Shown: piece by piece, positions 47,119 through 49,973 of the stretch
Layout: the number at the start of each line of letters is the position of its first letter
Position numbering within the stretch: position 1 is the stretch's first letter
DNA from: Octopus bimaculoides
Taxonomy: Eukaryota
Assembly (NCBI RefSeq): GCF_001194135.2
Contig: NC_068993.1
Coordinates: 43,885,734-43,935,706, forward strand
Direction of reading: 5' to 3'
Length of the DNA stretch: 49,973 nt
Program-made: the position numbers and the translations under genes
Notes under the pieces: generated by a model
Databases searched by the model: none
Seen by the model: the letters and a program-made list of their open reading frames with translations, nothing else
What the model was told of the DNA's origin: nothing

Positions 47119-48876
47119 ATGTTGTTGTTGTCGTCTTCTTCATCATCCCTATTCTAGTAGTACAGCAAAAAGAAGTGAACCCTGATCGAACGGATCAATG
47201 ATTAAAACCATTCTCATCGGACAATTCTATTTTGTTTTTCGAAAATATACTCCTTTTCCTGAGAAGGTAGAGCGTGATTTTAGAGTAAAATTTGATGCAT
47301 ATTTATCACAAAACACGATAAAGTGCAGAAGACATCAGCTCATTGTCCCTATGTATGTGTCCGTATATGTAAATGACTGCACACTTTGGTGTTATGTACT
47401 TGTGTGACTGTGTGACTATGTGAGAACTATGTGATAAAACGTTCCTAATAACATGCAAGAAGAAAAATTACATTCTTCCGCAGAGTCTTAAAACAGTAAT
47501 TAATCATTCTCCAGTGGGTTTTAATATTCAGTTGGGAACTGCAAGCTTATTGAAATATTGGTTATTCTTGTCACTGTTTACCATTTTGCTTTTTCAAAAC
47601 ATTCATGGTGTTCATACCAATTTTCAACATTTCACTTTATGACAGCACTGATATTTTAAGGGTAGAAAAAACAAAACAAAGGTAAACATTATATCTTAAC
47701 ATGCACAGAGCACATACACGCATGCACACAAACACACACACACACATACACACACACACATACGCACGCGCGCGTGCACATATACGCATACAGGCACTCA
47801 AACAAGCAAACACATACACATATATACATGCGTGTATGTATGCATACATATATGTATGTATATATGTATATATATTTGTATATATACGTGTATATGTATA
47901 TATATANNNNNNNNNNNNNNNNNNNNNNNNNNNNNNNNNNNNNNNNNNNNNNNNNNNNNNNNNNNNNNNNNNNNNNNNNNNNNNNNNNNNNNNNNNNNNN
48001 NNNNNNNNNNNNNNNNNNNNNNNNNNNNNNNNNNNNNNNNNNNNNNNNNNNNNNNNNNNNNNNNNNNNNNNNNNNNNNNNNNNNNNNNNNNNNNNNNNNN
48101 NNNNNNNNNNNNNNNNNNNNNNNNNNNNNNNNNNNNNNNNNNNNNNNNNNNNNNNNNNNNNNNNNNNNNNNNNNNNNNNNNNNNNNNNNNNNNNNNNNNN
48201 NNNNNNNNNNNNNNNNNNNNNNNNNNNNNNNNNNNNNNNNNNNNNNNNNNNNNNNNNNNNNNNNNNNNNNNNNNNNNNNNNNNNNNNNNNNNNNNNNNNN
48301 NNNNNNNNNNNNNNNNNNNNNNNNNNNNNNNNNNNNNNNNNNNNNNNNNNNNNNNNNNNNNNNNNNNNNNNNNNNNNNNNNNNNNNNNNNNNNNNNNNNN
48401 NNNNNNNNNNNNNNNNNNNNNNNNNNNNNNNNNNNNNNNNNNNNNNNNNNNNNNNNNNNNNNNNNNNNNNNNNNNNNNNNNNNNNNNNNNNNNNNNNNNN
48501 NNNNNNNNNNNNNNNNNNNNNNNNNNNNNNNNNNNNNNNNNNNNNNNNNNNNNNNNNNNNNNNNNNNNNNNNNNNNNNNNNNNNNNNNNNNNNNNNNNNN
48601 NNNNNNNNNNNNNNNNNNNNNNNNNNNNNNNNNNNNNNNNNNNNNNNNNNNNNNNNNNNNNNNNNNNNNNNNNNNNNNNNNNNNNNNNNNNNNNNNNNNN
48701 NNNNNNNNNNNNNNNNNNNNNNNNNNNNNNNNNNNNNNNNNNNNNNNNNNNNNNNNNNNNNNNNNNNNNNNNNNNNNNNNNNNNNNNNNNNNNNNNNNNN
48801 NNNNNNNNNNNNNNNNNNNNNNNNNNNNNNNNNNNNNNNNNNNNNNNNNNNNNNNNNNNNNNNNNNNNNNNNNNNT

Positions 48877-49180
48877 ATTGATCTAATGGATCTCCCTGGT
48901 TTTTCTATAACATTTATCCTCAACTTGGTACTTTTGAGGATTTTTCGAAATCTGCGGGCCAGTTCTCCGTGTGGCGTGGCGTCCACAAACATTACTCCCT
49001 GGAACTTGTCGGTGTTGTACCACGTGGTCTTTTTGTTTGTTTTGTCACTAATCCTTTGTAGTCTATTCCACTGTTTGTTACGGTATCTAGGTTGTGTTCC
49101 ATTTGTATCTTTGACAACAATCTCCTCAAATTTCTTGTTAGCTCCTCTGTATACCCGGATTCTATCTTTCTGGCTGTATG
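48877..49180 (-). mobile_element. Penelope-like element fragment (post-RT linker)
   Basis: YSQKDRIRVY...GTQPRYRNKQW...KKTTWY...VMFVDATPHGELARR...INVIEKPGRSIRSI fits the G.RP.YR..W...K..WY...FV..TP.GEL...I.V.E..G pattern of PLEs. Confidence 0.7.
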
Positions 49181-49289
49181 CAGGTATATATACATATATA
49201 TATATATATATAAATATAAATATATACACGTACATATATATACTTTTAAATATGTATATGTATATGTTATATATTATTGTATATGTTAT

Positions 49290-49435
49290 GTGTCAAGAAG
49301 CTTACTTTTAACCACATGGTTCTGGGTTCATTCCCACTGCGTGGCACCTTAACAGGTGTCTTTTATTATATCCTCAGTCTTATCAAAGCCTTGTGAGTGG
49401 ATTTGGATGGTGGAAACCGAAAAAGCCTGTCGTGT
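49290..49435 (+). mobile_element. SINE-B 5' fragment
   Basis: accacatggttctgggttcattcccactgcgtggcacctt...aaagccttgtgagtggatttgg. Confidence 0.82.
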
Positions 49436-49544
49436 GTGTGTATATATATATGTATATATACACACATGTGTTTGTCTGTCTGTCCCTCTCTCTCTATACA
49501 TATATATGTAATATATCTTTTTTTTTATATCTAATTTTTTATTT

Positions 49545-49720
49545 TGGCATAAAGCCAGAGAGTTTAGGTAGAGAGTGTTAGTCGATTACATCAAACCCAG
49601 TACTGATCGGGCAGCAAAGCACGCACCGGCAGGATTTGAACTCAGAACGTAAAGTGCCGGAATAAATGCTGCACAGCCTTACGTCCCATGCACTACAGAG
49701 TCTGCCAGGTGCCGCCCTGT
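49545..49720 (-). mobile_element. SINE family A, internally deleted
   Basis: gtcgattacatcaaacccagtactg...ggatttgaactcagaacgtaaag. Confidence 0.75.
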
Positions 49721-49733
49721 ATCCACCCAACCT

Positions 49734-49782
<49 letters not shown>

Positions 49783-49896
49783 TATATAAGTAACATTAAA
49801 AAGCATAGGTTTCTAAAAAATATATGCACTATGCCATGTATGTTGAGTACTCTATTCCTCAATTTGTAACTACAAAAGATCAATAACACTTATCCA

Positions 49897-49935
<39 letters not shown>

Positions 49936-49973
49936 CGTGAGAGAGTTAGGGGTTGGGAGTTCAACCCACTAAG

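Noticed and set aside
6911-49311. Long ORFs (150-536 aa) in the six-frame track
   Set aside because: They run through N gaps, where no stops can appear (e.g. 7750-8466, 18515-19199, 33297-36126, 47637-49311); not evidence of genes.
4944-49889. ORFs rich in HT, CV, YI, poly-S/R/K/Y
   Set aside because: Translations of (CA)n, (TG)n, (TA)n, (TTC)n and (AAT)n microsatellites.

Overview
AT-rich, microsatellite-dense eukaryotic DNA from a gapped short-read assembly (about 14 N-runs, most next to (TA)n/(CA)n tracts). From memory, the repeat families (three tRNA-headed SINEs plus TAA, TACA and CA microsatellites) match octopod genomes, so Octopus or a relative is inferred; no database was searched. 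No host protein-coding exon, rRNA, true tRNA or CRISPR array can be supported, so the window reads as intron or intergenic DNA made of decayed transposons. Recognisable relics: a Dong/R4-type RLE LINE 3' end inside (TAA)n, an L1/Tx1 3' end, an RTE fragment, six Penelope-like (PLE) fragments, a Helitron helicase, three Tc1/mariner relics and many SINE copies. Best-supported points of interest: (i) a TIR element carrying SAP and SWIM-like coding sequence (ISL2EU/PHIS-like), whose AT target-site duplication is supported by a restored PLE reading frame; (ii) a tRNA-headed non-coding element with a minimal hammerhead ribozyme and a 22-bp head-to-head palindrome; (iii) all six PLE fragments and the hammerhead lie on the minus strand; (iv) an inverted pair of closely related SINEs about 1 kb apart; (v) nested insertions with readable TSDs. 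Long six-frame ORFs that cross N-runs or microsatellites are artefacts. Coordinates of decayed elements are approximate.
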